64,000 nucleotides of DNA from contig OZ116709.1 in the NCBI GenBank assembly GCA_964199315.1, positions 5,766,001-5,830,000 of the forward strand, read 5' to 3'. A program made the translations under genes and the position numbers. The notes under the pieces are model-generated. The model made no database searches. It had not been told where the DNA came from and was given only the letters and a program-made list of their open reading frames with translations. The stretch is from Orbicella franksi. Taxonomy: Eukaryota. Below, piece after piece: positions 1 to 12,400 of this stretch; the stretch's first letter is position 1; the number at the start of each line of letters is the position of its first letter.

Positions 1-168
1 CTCAGAGGAATATTGGAAAGATCCAACTGGCGACTAACTACCCAGCTATATCAGGGAAAAAGCCAAGAGATCGAAAGATTTTCCGTGGCCGGATAGCATG
101 TCTTCAGATTTACGATCGAGCATTGAATGGGAGACAACTCGGAGCTCTGAAAAAGAAGTGTTTCAGAG
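1..168 (+). CDS. LamG-like domain exon L1 (3' part only)
   Basis: Frame from nt 3: [14 protein letters not shown]...[16 protein letters not shown]...KCFRG; donor ag|gtttg. Confidence 0.85.
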
Positions 169-3100
169 GTTTGTTTTCAGAATTATCGTTAAAAGAAGTT
201 TTCAATTTAATATCGATATCGCGCTATTGATATTGATCTTTTGAAATTTTCTTTGTTCTTCGTCAGCTCGACCCACGCCTACTCGTCCACCACCAGGTAA
301 GACCAACTTTTCTATCTCACTTACCATATTCAATGAAAACTCTTGAGATTTGAAAGTTCGGTAAAAATGTAAATGGTAAGACAATTTTGGCTCGACCGAC
401 CGGAAAATCTTCGAAATAAAAGGAACGTCTTGAAAGGTAGTCAAAAATTTCCAACTGAAATATCCGAGTGGAAAATGTACTTACCATTTGCAATTATTCG
501 CCGCCCTCTTGGAATTATGATCAGGTTTAACTCGTCAGTAGTCTATCTCGGTAAATTAGGGGGTTTGGGGTAGATGGTAAGTGGCCAATCCGAATGAAAG
601 TCACCATCAGGCATTTTTGCTTACCATTTGCACAACCGTTGACGAACCGCTTTCTTCATGTAAATGGCAAACAACCGGCATCTCTTTAGATTTTGACATC
701 CATATTTTCAGCCTCCTTCGTCAGTGTTGACGGCATGTCCGTATTATTTTATCACCTTCTCATACATCTTTTCTCCTTTCAGCTCTTCCACTTCTAGTCG
801 CTGTTTATCCACTGGACAGAATTAATGGCGGCCGTGACATCAGCCCACGAAAATGCCCGACCGCAAGGCGAGTTGGCGTGAGAATCGCCCCAGGTCCAGA
901 CGGACGAAAATACGGATCCACCCAATTCTATGGCAACCGCAACAGCTACGTCGAAATCCCGAACAACGGCAAACTTGACACCGTGGCCTCCATTTCCATT
1001 CTGACCTGGGTTTATCACGAGGGCATCAAAGGTCCTATCGTCAACTACAGACCAGGTCCCGGATGGGGCGTTCACTTGTGGATGGTTGGACCACGCACGT
1101 TATTTGCACGGTTCGTCCGCAGGGATGGAGTGTTTACCAAAGCAGTGGTCGTCACGAGCAGAAAGATACGGTACAGAGCCTGGAATTACATCGGTGCTAC
1201 ATACGACTACAAGAGTGGTGTTGCCAAACTATGGGTGAACTCGAGGTTGCTTGTGGTGAAGAGTATTGGACGATTCCGATTGGCTACGAACTATCCAATC
1301 AGAATTGGTGCGCGTCGTGGTGACAAACGGTACTTCAAGGGAAGGATTTTCTGTGTGCAAATCTACAGTCGTGCGCTAAACCGGAAACAAATTTTGGCGG
1401 CTAGTAAAACGTGCTTCAGGCCGTGTAAGTAGTTGTATGTGTGGCAAGTGCTTATGCGTAACGTAATATCATGGTTGAAAAATTACGCCTTATTTTTGGC
1501 GCGAACTTTCAGCGTTAATTTACAATTTTACGTGAAATACAATAAAATACAATAAGCCAGTCATAAGCCCGCAATCGTAAGCGTAATATGTCACCCACGA
1601 TATTATAAGGTAATCAAATGGTACTGACTCGAGAAATTAGGAAATGATTCCTGTTGCGTTTTGTCAAAATTCTAATTATTTCCTAATTTCACGCGCCACT
1701 ATTTGATTACTTATACTAATTCTGTAAGTGTAGTACGAGCCGAACGTCTCACTACCGTGAAAGCAATTATCCGTGTTTCACAAGAAATTAATTGTAAACG
1801 GATTAATTGTAAACGCTGTTTTGTGTAATGCGAGAAGTAGACGTTACCTTCAATTACCGTAATTGCGCTATGCATATGAAAAAACAATCGTTTACTAATA
1901 ATTTTCGAGAGGCGGCTCCTTCAGTATCTCAGAGATGAGATTCGAGTCAATACCCTTGTCTGCAGGATGGAATGATGAGGTTGCTTAGCAGAAAGACGTC
2001 CGCTTGACCTAACAATAGAATTGAAACTGGAAATAGTGAAAACGCAATTGAGGGCATGTTATGATAGAGCGGTTTTCATTTGAGTGTCGAAAAATAATTG
2101 GTTTTGACGCTACACGATTGGCTTTAAAAAAACTCACGCCACGTTTTCATCCAATCAGATATGCAGAAGTAAAACTAAAAGTAATCGTAACTCGTTTGCA
2201 CCTGTTTTCCCGCGCTTTGTTTCAGCTACATGCAATTACTTCGAGTTTTGATAGGCTCACTGGATTTTCTCCGTCCTCTGTGATTGGCCAGAACGAATAC
2301 TTTGGTTTTGTTTTTATAACACTCAATTGAAAACCGCTCTAGTATCCATTTTGTTGTTTTGTTACAATGAGTGGTGAATTAATCTCACCTAGCGTTTGTT
2401 TTCCTTCAAAGTGCCTACAACTAAACCGATCCCAACCACGACACCAAAACCGATAACGATACCTACAAGGCCGCGAGGTAAGATTAAGATCCAAGACCGA
2501 CTAATTTATGCAAGGGAAGAACTGGTTGAACGGGTAACAGAAGTCCTCTTAACAATTAAGGAGACTTCTGTATCACCAATAGGCTATTTCCGAGCTACCT
2601 TGTGTTTCTGTTTCAAAACGATTCTTCGTGCAAAACCTTTCATGTGAAAATTAGTTTGATTTGCGGAATCGGAACTGACGTATTAAGGTTATTCTCCAGT
2701 ATTGCATTGCGCATCCTTACTGCGCATAATTTCACGCGTGATTAGCGCGCGCGCATTAAAAACAATGGCGGCTTTTTGTTTACAACTGGACCTCGCCATA
2801 GAGGTAAATCGTCATTTTCTTGCAAACGAGTATGGTGACCTATCATTTTTTTTTCTGTTGTTTTGAATTGAGTGATAAATTTCTCTGTGTAAAATAAATA
2901 TGGACCAATTCTCAGTGTAGAACAAAAAGCAATCGTCGGAAACGGGAATTTAGCAACCAATCGTGACTACGATCATGATGCTGTTATAAGGATTTATATG
3001 GGTATAAACGAGGTCTGTTACTCCTAAACGAACATGAGGACCCCTCATTTTTATTTCAGAATTTAAGTTCCCATAATATAAACAATCAATAGGCAAAGTT

Positions 3101-6100
3101 TCACAAAAATCTCAGTGCAGGTTCTATTTCAGTGGAATGACCTTAACAGGTTTTCGTATACACTTACTAAATGTTTTCTTTTTTTTTTTTTAATTTAAGG
3201 ACCATTCAAAGCCTCGGCATTCTACCCTCTCACATCTAAGACAAGAGGGCGAGACCTAAGCGTGTTCCGTAACCCACCAGGAAAGCTGGGATACGTGCGC
3301 TCGGCACCAGGCCCTGACACGTATCCTGGTGGCTCGTACCAGTTCTATGGACGCCGCGACAGTTACATCGAGTTACCAAACCGCGGGAAACTTGACACAA
3401 GAAGATCGATCACTATCATAGCGTGGATTTACCACGAAGGCCGCGCGGGTCCCATCTTTAACTACATGCCAAACGGCTGGGGCGTTCATTTATGGATGGT
3501 GTCGCCGAGAGCGCTGTTTGTACGTTATACGCGTCGCAGAGGACGGAAGATGACGGCGGCGGTTTCCAGTCGTAAGATAAAACCGCGAACGTGGCAGTAC
3601 ATCGCAGCTACCTACGATTACATAACGGGGTACGCGAAGTTGTACCTTGATGGTAAAGTGATAGCGCAAAGGAGAATCGGAAGGATTCGACTTGCCACAA
3701 ATTATCCCGTCAGAATGGGCGCCAGAAGAGGCGACAGGCGGTATTTCCGGGGCCGAATCTCTTGCGTAATGGTGTTTGATGTCGCACTGAATCCCAATCA
3801 GATTGCACGAAGGAAGAAGCGCTGCTTTAGAGGCGAGTTTCTGTGACTGTCTTTATGTCTGTCAATCAGTCAGTCAGTCAGTCAGTCAGTCAGTCGGTCG
3901 TTCATTTATATGTCTGTCTGCCTGCTTGTTTGTCTTGTCTGTCTTTGTGTATGCTTAAAAGTCTCTGTGTTTCTGTCTTGCTGTCTGTCTGTGTCAGTTG
4001 TTAAGTCGATCTGTCTGTCTGTCTGTCTGTCTGCATGTATGTCTGTCTAATTATTGATGGTTCATTTTTTTGCTCTTTGCTTGTTCGTTTGCTTGTTTGT
4101 TTTTCAACTATGTTTTTCTTTTATTTGTCCAAGTAATAAATTATGCTTTACAAATTTCAATTGTGTAATGCATCTCATTGTGACATCTGTTTTGGCGACA
4201 AAAAGGACCCAAACGTTCTTGCAGAGGTACAGATAAGCTTTGACGTAAACAATTAATTAATCAATACTTTCCTTGATTCCATTCCATTGTAGGTGGGCCG
4301 CCTGGACCAAAAGAAACAGGTAAGAGTGAATTGTGTTGGGTTATTATTACTGTTCCATATGCCATCTACAATCGGCGACAAAATGACTTCAGACAGAAAA
4401 ATTCCCCGTAGAGTTCCTTGTTTCCACATGTAGCCGTATCATTGACATTTATGTCTTTCCCTCTTTTTTCAGCTTGCAAACCCAAGATTGACCTCACATT
4501 TGTAATTGACGCTTGCAGCGAAAACGATCGTTTCACCAAAGCTAACTTCGTCCGAGTCAAGAACTTCTTGATTCATTTAATCGGCGAGTTCAGTATCTCG
4601 GTTAAACGAGTGCGAGTAAGCTTGATATTGTACGCGCAGTACCCCAAACTCCTAATTAGCTTCAGCGCCCGAAAACCCTACATCGTCAGAGTCATTAACA
4701 ACATGAAGCTAGTGTGCGGTGCGCGCTACACCGGGGCAGCGCTGAAGTACTCTTACACTAAAATCATACGGCGGACCTCGAGGAAAAGCGTCCTGGTTTT
4801 GATGACGACCGGAGCGTCCAGAGACGACGTACGTGGAGCCACCGCGTTGCTGCAGCGGTCGAGAGTAGAACGTTTTAGTGTGGGTATCGGAAGGCGTTAT
4901 AGCTTTAGTGAACTGCAGTACATCGCTAGCGATCGACGCCATGTATACACCGCCGCCTACAGGAATCTAGAGTCCATTGTCACTCTGGTCAAAAAGAAGA
5001 TCTGTAAATCAGGTTTGCAACAGTCTTTACTTGATTAGATATGTTGTTAAAAATTTAAACTATTTGAGTCTATCTTGAATCTGTTGTTACTCTGGTGAAA
5101 AAAGACGATCTGTAAATCAGGTTTGCAACAGTCTTAACTCTATGAGATATGCCTTTAAAAATTTTAACTATTTCCTGAAATATTTACTCACTTATTTAAT
5201 TCACTCGTGTAAAGCTCGACAATAGTTATGCAGGGAGGCGAAGCCAGTAAACAATATTCAGTTTCCCCGAAAAAAGTATCGACACAAATCACGCTTTCGT
5301 GTAGATCATTTTGGTAATTAAAGGAACAGTCTTAGAATTTTTTTTTTTGTAAGACGTAATTTTCAAAGGAGCTAACCTCGTACTCAAGTCATTCCTTTCG
5401 CATTTGCCTCAGTTATTCTCATGCTTTTCGGGTTAACTGTAATTTGTGTTGGCTAGCAAGTAACGAAACTGAAGGTCTTCTTACCAATATACTTTTTTGA
5501 AAATTGAAAATTGAAATTAATAAAAAGGATAAAAAGTACTAGTTTTGACGATAGCACACATCCGTACGTTAAGTCTTGTTTACTTCTAAACTTGTTTGTT
5601 GTCGTTTTTTTTTTCAGATAAATATGTACCACCTGTGAAACCAATCATACCCTATCCCAGGCCCCCGACGCGTCCGCCTACCCGTCGTCCTCCTAAGCCC
5701 GGTAAGAGACCTCTTTTAACCGTGCACAGGAGTTCTTCAACCATCAATATACATGGGTTATTGACCAAGCGTAAGGTCAAGATGGCTGGATATTGGCCAA
5801 AAAGGAACGAGGCTTATATTCAACCATGTTGACCTAACAAATTTGGTCAATAAAGGATATGTTGTATGGACTTTGATGAACCTGCCTCGGCTTAGGGGAA
5901 ACTTTTTCTTGCCAGACACAGCGCGTAATCTCGAGCAGGCAACATAGCGCCATCTTTTCCGCTCGGGTATATGTAGCCAATAGCGCTGGATTTGGTTCAT
6001 CTTGCGTGCTCACAGAGCTAGGCATATAAGTAACAATCAGACTCATAGCCCGCAAGGGCTACGGGTCAATAGCCCATGAGGCGGAGCCGAATGGGCTATT

Positions 6101-6426
6101 GACCCGTGGTCCTTGAGGGCGAAGGGTCTAATTGTTTTAGTATCACCCAACTAGTCGGACAGAAAAGGCAATACTAAAGTTAGCAAACGCAAGATGAAGA
6201 AATATTAATTTGGGAATAAAACGAAAGAAAGCGTCACGCTCGATTGCGCCAATTTCGCTACTCGAGGACTATTACAAATAGTCCTCTAGTAGCGAAGCCA
6301 ATTAAAATGCAGGATTTGCATTAGTCCACTAGTTGTGTGATACTAATAATGTTTATTCCCACTCAGATTAATTTAGTTAACCTGTCGTATTGTTATCGCC
6401 GGTATTTCCATTTGTTTGTTATTTTG

Positions 6427-6458
<32 letters not shown>

Positions 6459-9400
6459 CACAGCTCACATACAGATGACGCTCGCAATCAACTGTTCTTC
6501 ACTGCAACAAAACTTGCAAACGAGACGTTCAGGCTGATCATGACACGCTGCTTAAGGAACCTTTTTTTTTTCTGGTTTATTTCGTACTGCAGGACCAGCC
6601 CGTGCCTTGGCGATTTATCCCCTTCAATCTCGCACCAGAGGAAAAGACGTTGGTCTCTATGGCAACCCACCAGGTATCCTAGGTTACGTAAGGCCAGCGG
6701 TGGGCCCTGATGGACGACCTAGGACATCCTACCAGTTCTATGGCCGTAGAAACAGCTACATCCGCTTTCCAAATCGCGGTCGTTTGGATGCGCAAAATGC
6801 AATCACGTTACTTGCATGGCTTTACCCAGAGGGCCCGGGACCAATCTTCAGATACGGTGTTGATTTCTCCGTCGGTAGGGGGCGTAGTTTGTCGCTGCAA
6901 ATCTTCCCGCGTGGATCGCAAAACACCATAATTCGCCCCCTGACTGCGCGCGGCGTTCTGCGATATCGCACGTGGCAGTTTGTAGGCGCTAGCTATGAAA
7001 AAAGAACTGGGCAAACGAAGATTTACGTGAACGGAAGGCTTGTTTCTCGTAACCGGCTGAGAAGGGTTCGTCTTGGGACCAATATTCCTGCAACAATGGG
7101 GGCTGGAGGTGGTAGATATTTCCGCGGTAGAATCTCCTGTATGCAGGTTTATGGACGTGTCTTGACAAGATGGCAGATCATCAAGCGAAAGAGAAGGTGC
7201 TTTAAAGGTGAATGAAGTCGTTATTTCTATGAATTAAAGCCAGTTGTTTGTTACTCCTTTTTTCTGATAGGGTAATAAGGAAATTAATTAACAAAAATAG
7301 TTTTTAATCCAGCGTGGCAGCGCTGCCAGGATTCAGCGTGGCCGAATGGTTAGGGCGCCGGACTTGAAATCCGGAGGTCGCAGGTAAGTCCCCTTAGGAC
7401 CACTAGCTGGTGGTGTTCTCAGTAGTCCCGAGTTATGCCCCTCGGCCACGCTTGTAAATAGCCAACTAATCCACCTCCTGCCAGTTGAGATTTTTAACCA
7501 CGTTATGTTCATTTACATTGTATTTGTTTTATCATTTGTTTCCATTGGCCCTGAAAAACCCCATTTGGGGAGTGGTCAATTAGGATATTAATTTTTATTA
7601 ATTTTAATCCACGTGAGTTTGCATCGGGCGTTCAGGTATTTTTTACCTAGAACTTATTGCTGAATGTAACGGTACCCATGCCCTGAAAGAAATTCAAAAC
7701 ATTTTCTGCTTGCATTCCTGTACACACCACATACCTTTACTCACATTGCATTGTAATGTAAAAGTTTTATCTTTTACTTTAGTTTTATTTACGTTTAATT
7801 TTCTTCTTAAGCAGGACTCCTGCTTATATATTGCGGCGATTATTGTTATTGTTACATCGAATTTGAACTGCTTTCCCGTTTTGCCCAAAAGCTCAGCTCT
7901 TTTGTCCTTTGTATTTCACTTGTGTATAATGACAATTGTATATTGCATTGTAGGAGTTCGCCCACTTCCTGCTCGGCCGAGACCACGGCCATCACCACGC
8001 CCAACACGACCTCGGCTCCCCCCAGTACGACCAGGTGAGGAAATTACTTTGGACAAAGTCAAATGACTTTTATAGGCACCCTGAAGCAACCAACGAGAAT
8101 ACAATATCTTGCCTTCGGTTGAAAGAATATTTGTTTTTAGTGGCGAGTACATTCAAATTTTTCTCTCGCTCTTGTACTTTTTTTTTCAATGGCTCTCATC
8201 TATCGTTAGTAGACATCTGTTTTGGATGTCTCGATATCAAATCCTGTCGATGTCAAATGCTTTTTTACACTCCAGCTTTCTATTGTTATGGTATCCCCTT
8301 TCTTACTCAACTATAGCAATCTAAATTAATAGCTTAGTCCTTTACATAATATACAATTTCAGTACAAATCAACTTAGTAAAGCAGATTTACCACAAGTCT
8401 GTTTTACATTATATTTTTAGTTGTTCGTCCCGCACGAGCCCAAGCCGTGTACCCACTTACCTTAAATACACATGGTCGCGACATCAGTTTATACAGCAAT
8501 CCCGCGGGAATCCCGCGAAGGATCAGGTACGTGCGAGGCCCTGATGGAAGACCGAATACTGCGGCGCGATTCCTTGGAAGTCCAAACAGCTACATTGAGT
8601 TCCCTAACCGTGGTAAACTGGACACTAAACGCTCCATCACCCTCTTGGCTTGGATCTTTCACGAGGGACGTGCAGGACCCATCTTCAACTACATGCCAAA
8701 CGGCTGGGGCGTGCACTTTTGGATGATTACGCCGACGACGCTGTTTGTACGGTTTACGCGTCGCAGAGGTCGGCGTTTTACCGCAGCTGTGACGAGTAGA
8801 AGGGTGTTGCACCGTCGATGGCAATTTGTAGGAGCCACGTACGATGGAAGGACTGGAATTGCTAAGCTGTTTGTCAACAGGCGTTTCGTAGCAAGAAGAC
8901 GCATAGGAAGAATACGATTGGCCACTAACTATCCTGTCAGAATGGGAACTCGTGTTGGAGATAACCGCTACTTCCTCGGTCGAATCTCGTGTATGCAAGT
9001 ATATGATCAGCCCTTGACATCATCACAGATCCTTCGACGAAAAAAGAGATGTTTCACACGAGGTAACATGCAGATAACGTTCTCGAGAAATAAATTTACT
9101 CCGCTACTTTTATTTCTCCACTAAATGTGCTTCCAAAGTAACCGAAGTTCTCATGCTAATCTGGAAATTTTCACAAGTGTTCGTTATTTAGAAAGATAAA
9201 TTTATTCATTATAGAAAACTGAGTTGAATTAATTGTTATTGACGAGTTTTATTCAGCAAGCTTGTTTTTCTTTTCTTTTGGTTTTCTTTTTGTTGGTTAT
9301 TTTTGGAGAAAAAGATCAGATTTACAAAGTTAGCATTTTGTTCTCATTGTTGTTGTTTCAGGCCCTGTGATTGTGCCAACCGTCATTCGCCCAGCCGGAC

Positions 9401-12400
9401 CAGGTGATTACTCCTTTTTCTCTCTCTTTCACTTACTTTACTGCGCTTACTGGGATCCGCCCAAATTATGTTCTCACTTTAAAAGAAACCCAATACACTT
9501 CTAAAGAACGGGATCTTTCTACTCCCAAAACTTCATCACCATCCACTCCGCTACAACTGTAGGTTTACTTTAAATTTTACTGAACCTCTGGGACTGCTTT
9601 GTCACGAATGCTTATTGTTTTTTTTTTTTTTCTCTATAGTTTGCCAAGGCAAGATTGACCTGGCGTTTGTTATCGACGCTTCCGGAAGCATCGAGGCCTC
9701 AGGCAGAGGAAACTTTAAGCGGTGCCTCAATTTCGTTAAGAGATTGGTCGCCTCCTTCAAAATCTCGAGGAAGTACACGCGCGTGGGAGTTGTCGTGTAT
9801 TCCAGCAGGGCGCAAAAAGTGTTTGGCTTCAACAGATACAGCAACAAACGTCTCCTCATGAAAGCTATTGACCGTATCCCGTACTTTCGGAGAGGCACAA
9901 GAACAGGCTACGCTTTGTCCTTCGCTCAGCGGTATCTGTTTAGAGGCAGGCGCAGAAGACGTAAGAAGGTTTTGATCGTGATGACTGACGGGAGATCCGG
10001 TGACCGCGTGCGCGGTCGAGCCCTGGCACTACATCGCTCAGGAATTGAGACCTTTGCTGTTGGTATTGGTAAAAATTACGATATCAGACAGCTCATACAG
10101 ATAGCCTCCACCAAGAGACACGTTTATGTAGCGAGATTCAGAAACCTGCCGAACATTGTGCGTGTTATAAAGTCGAAAGCCTGCAAAGGTACGTTAGTTG
10201 TAAACTTGTTTTAGGTCAGTTTGGTACCACTATTTCACTGACAATTCAAGAGTGGTTTAAGCAGTCGTTCGACCTTTTCCATGCCATGCGAAGTTATGAA
10301 GAGTTTATGTAAATGTGGAAAAATCATTAGATGGAGTAGAATACACATTCCTATCAAGCATCTGTTTTACATTTGTCTTCCCCTTGTTTTATTGTTTTGT
10401 TTTGTTTGTTTGTTTTTTTTCTCTTGTTTATTTTGTTTGTTTGTTCTGGTTTGTCTCTTTAAAGGTACACCTGCGATAAACTACCTTAATATTCATACGG
10501 TTGCAACTTGCTTATAAATAAAATCTTGCTATAACTCATCAATTTTCTTGAAAATATCCTCAACATTAACAACAATTGACTACATCGTGAGACAAACGAT
10601 AATACACTTTATTATAACATTAATATACCTTGATATTGACTTTTCAGCTGTTCGACCTCCTGTCAGGCCCCCCATAAGGCCTCCAATTCGACCTACAGCC
10701 CGGCCTCCAGTCAGACCTCGTAAGTTTGACCAAGTGTTTTGTACAACACTAATGTATACTTTAAACATAGAGTATTTGACGTTGACGTTCCGTTTTCCCG
10801 CCGTTTTCAGGTCCTGTTCGTGCCTCTGCTGTGTACCCTCTGACGTCAAGAACACGTGGACGTGATATCAGTCTGTTTGGAAATCCCCCGGGGATCCCTA
10901 GGAACGTTCGATTTGCCCCAGGCCCCGATAGAAAACCCTACGGTTCCTATCAGTTCTTTGGTCGATCCAACAGTTACATTGAATTTCCAAATCGGGGCAA
11001 GATAGACACCAAGCGATCAATCACTTTGTTGGCTTGGATTTACCACGAAGGCCGCGACGGACCCATCTTCAACTACATGCCGAACGGCTGGGGCGTGCAC
11101 TTTTGGATGATTTCACCGAGGACCCTTTTTGTACGGTTTACGCGCCGTAGAGGACGTCGATTCACCAAAGCAGTGATAAGCAGGCGAGTTGTGCCGAGGC
11201 GATGGCAGTTTGTTGGTGCGACTTACAACCAACGGACAGGACGAGCGAAGTTGTTTGTCAATCGAAGGTTTACTGCTAGTAAATATATCGGTAGGATACG
11301 ACTCGCGACTAACTACCCGGTGAGAATGGGCGCCCGTATCGGTGACAGGAGGTATTTCCGAGGACGAATCTCGTGCATGCAGGTGTATGATCGGGCCCTC
11401 ACAGCGAGACAGATCTTGCGTAGGAAAAGGAGATGCTTTAGAAAAGGTATTCATCGATAACTAATTATATGAACATACTGATAAAGCAGTTATTTACTAA
11501 TTGTACAATTTTAGGACATTTCGCGACATAGTGGACGAGGTAAATTGAGCCATACGGACGGTTCGTATCATGGCCCAGAAGTCGTACGTACGAGACGTGC
11601 GTGCCTCAGTACCACGACAGCCGCGTTTTTGGCGCGAAAACTTTACTTTTTGGGAGACGTCATTCCAGTCAAAAATATTGCCCATGTTTGTTTTCCCAAA
11701 ATGTTCATGAAGTTATACAAACTCATCATAGCGGACTGGCTAGCCTACCTTGTTTTTTATAAATTCAAGGATTAAAACTTTACCATGTTTAAGTAAAACC
11801 AATTCATTCCATCGCCCTCATCTTCGCTTCAGGTCCAGTCATCGTTCCTGGCGTTCCAAGTGGTCCAATTCGGCCAGCTGGAAAAGGTATGTTTTTAGTC
11901 TTATGATTGTTTGTTTCTTAATGAGGAGTTTATAAGAAAGAAGGCATTCTTAATAACCTTTTTTTTGTGAAATCTATGCGCTCCGATTGGCTCCCTAAAC
12001 GTTTAAACCGGCTTACTTTTCCGCTGGTTTAATACTAGCTTACAGAAAAATTAGTTTTTTTACCGAACTGAAGATGAGAGCCTCTATTTAATGCTTGCAG
12101 CCGTAATCATAGCTTGCGAGAGCAGACGTATTTCCGGCTGTCGCTTGTTTCCGTCTCGGTGGAGAGCAGCGACAGCCGAAAATACGTCTGCGGTCGTAGG
12201 CTAACGAAGTTGGCGAATTTCAGGATGCGATAGATTCTTCTAGAAGTTCAACTTGTTTTTTCCGTGGCCCTATACCCACATAGGGTTATGGTCGAAGAAG
12301 AAGAAAAGTGGAATATTTGTTTGTAGCATGCTTTCTTCTGTCTATCGTGGTGTAAAAACTACTTTTTAGTGACTAGAAAGTTACAATTCAAGTAGCTACG

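Noticed and set aside
7333-7410. Possible tRNA-Ser(TGA) gene
   Set aside because: The T-arm/B-box is degraded and the sequence continues into a SINE body with a TSD, so it is a tRNA-derived SINE head.
11516-11545. Candidate micro-exon ttag|gacattt...gag|gtaaat
   Set aside because: 25 nt, not frame-preserving, and it has a stop in phase 1.
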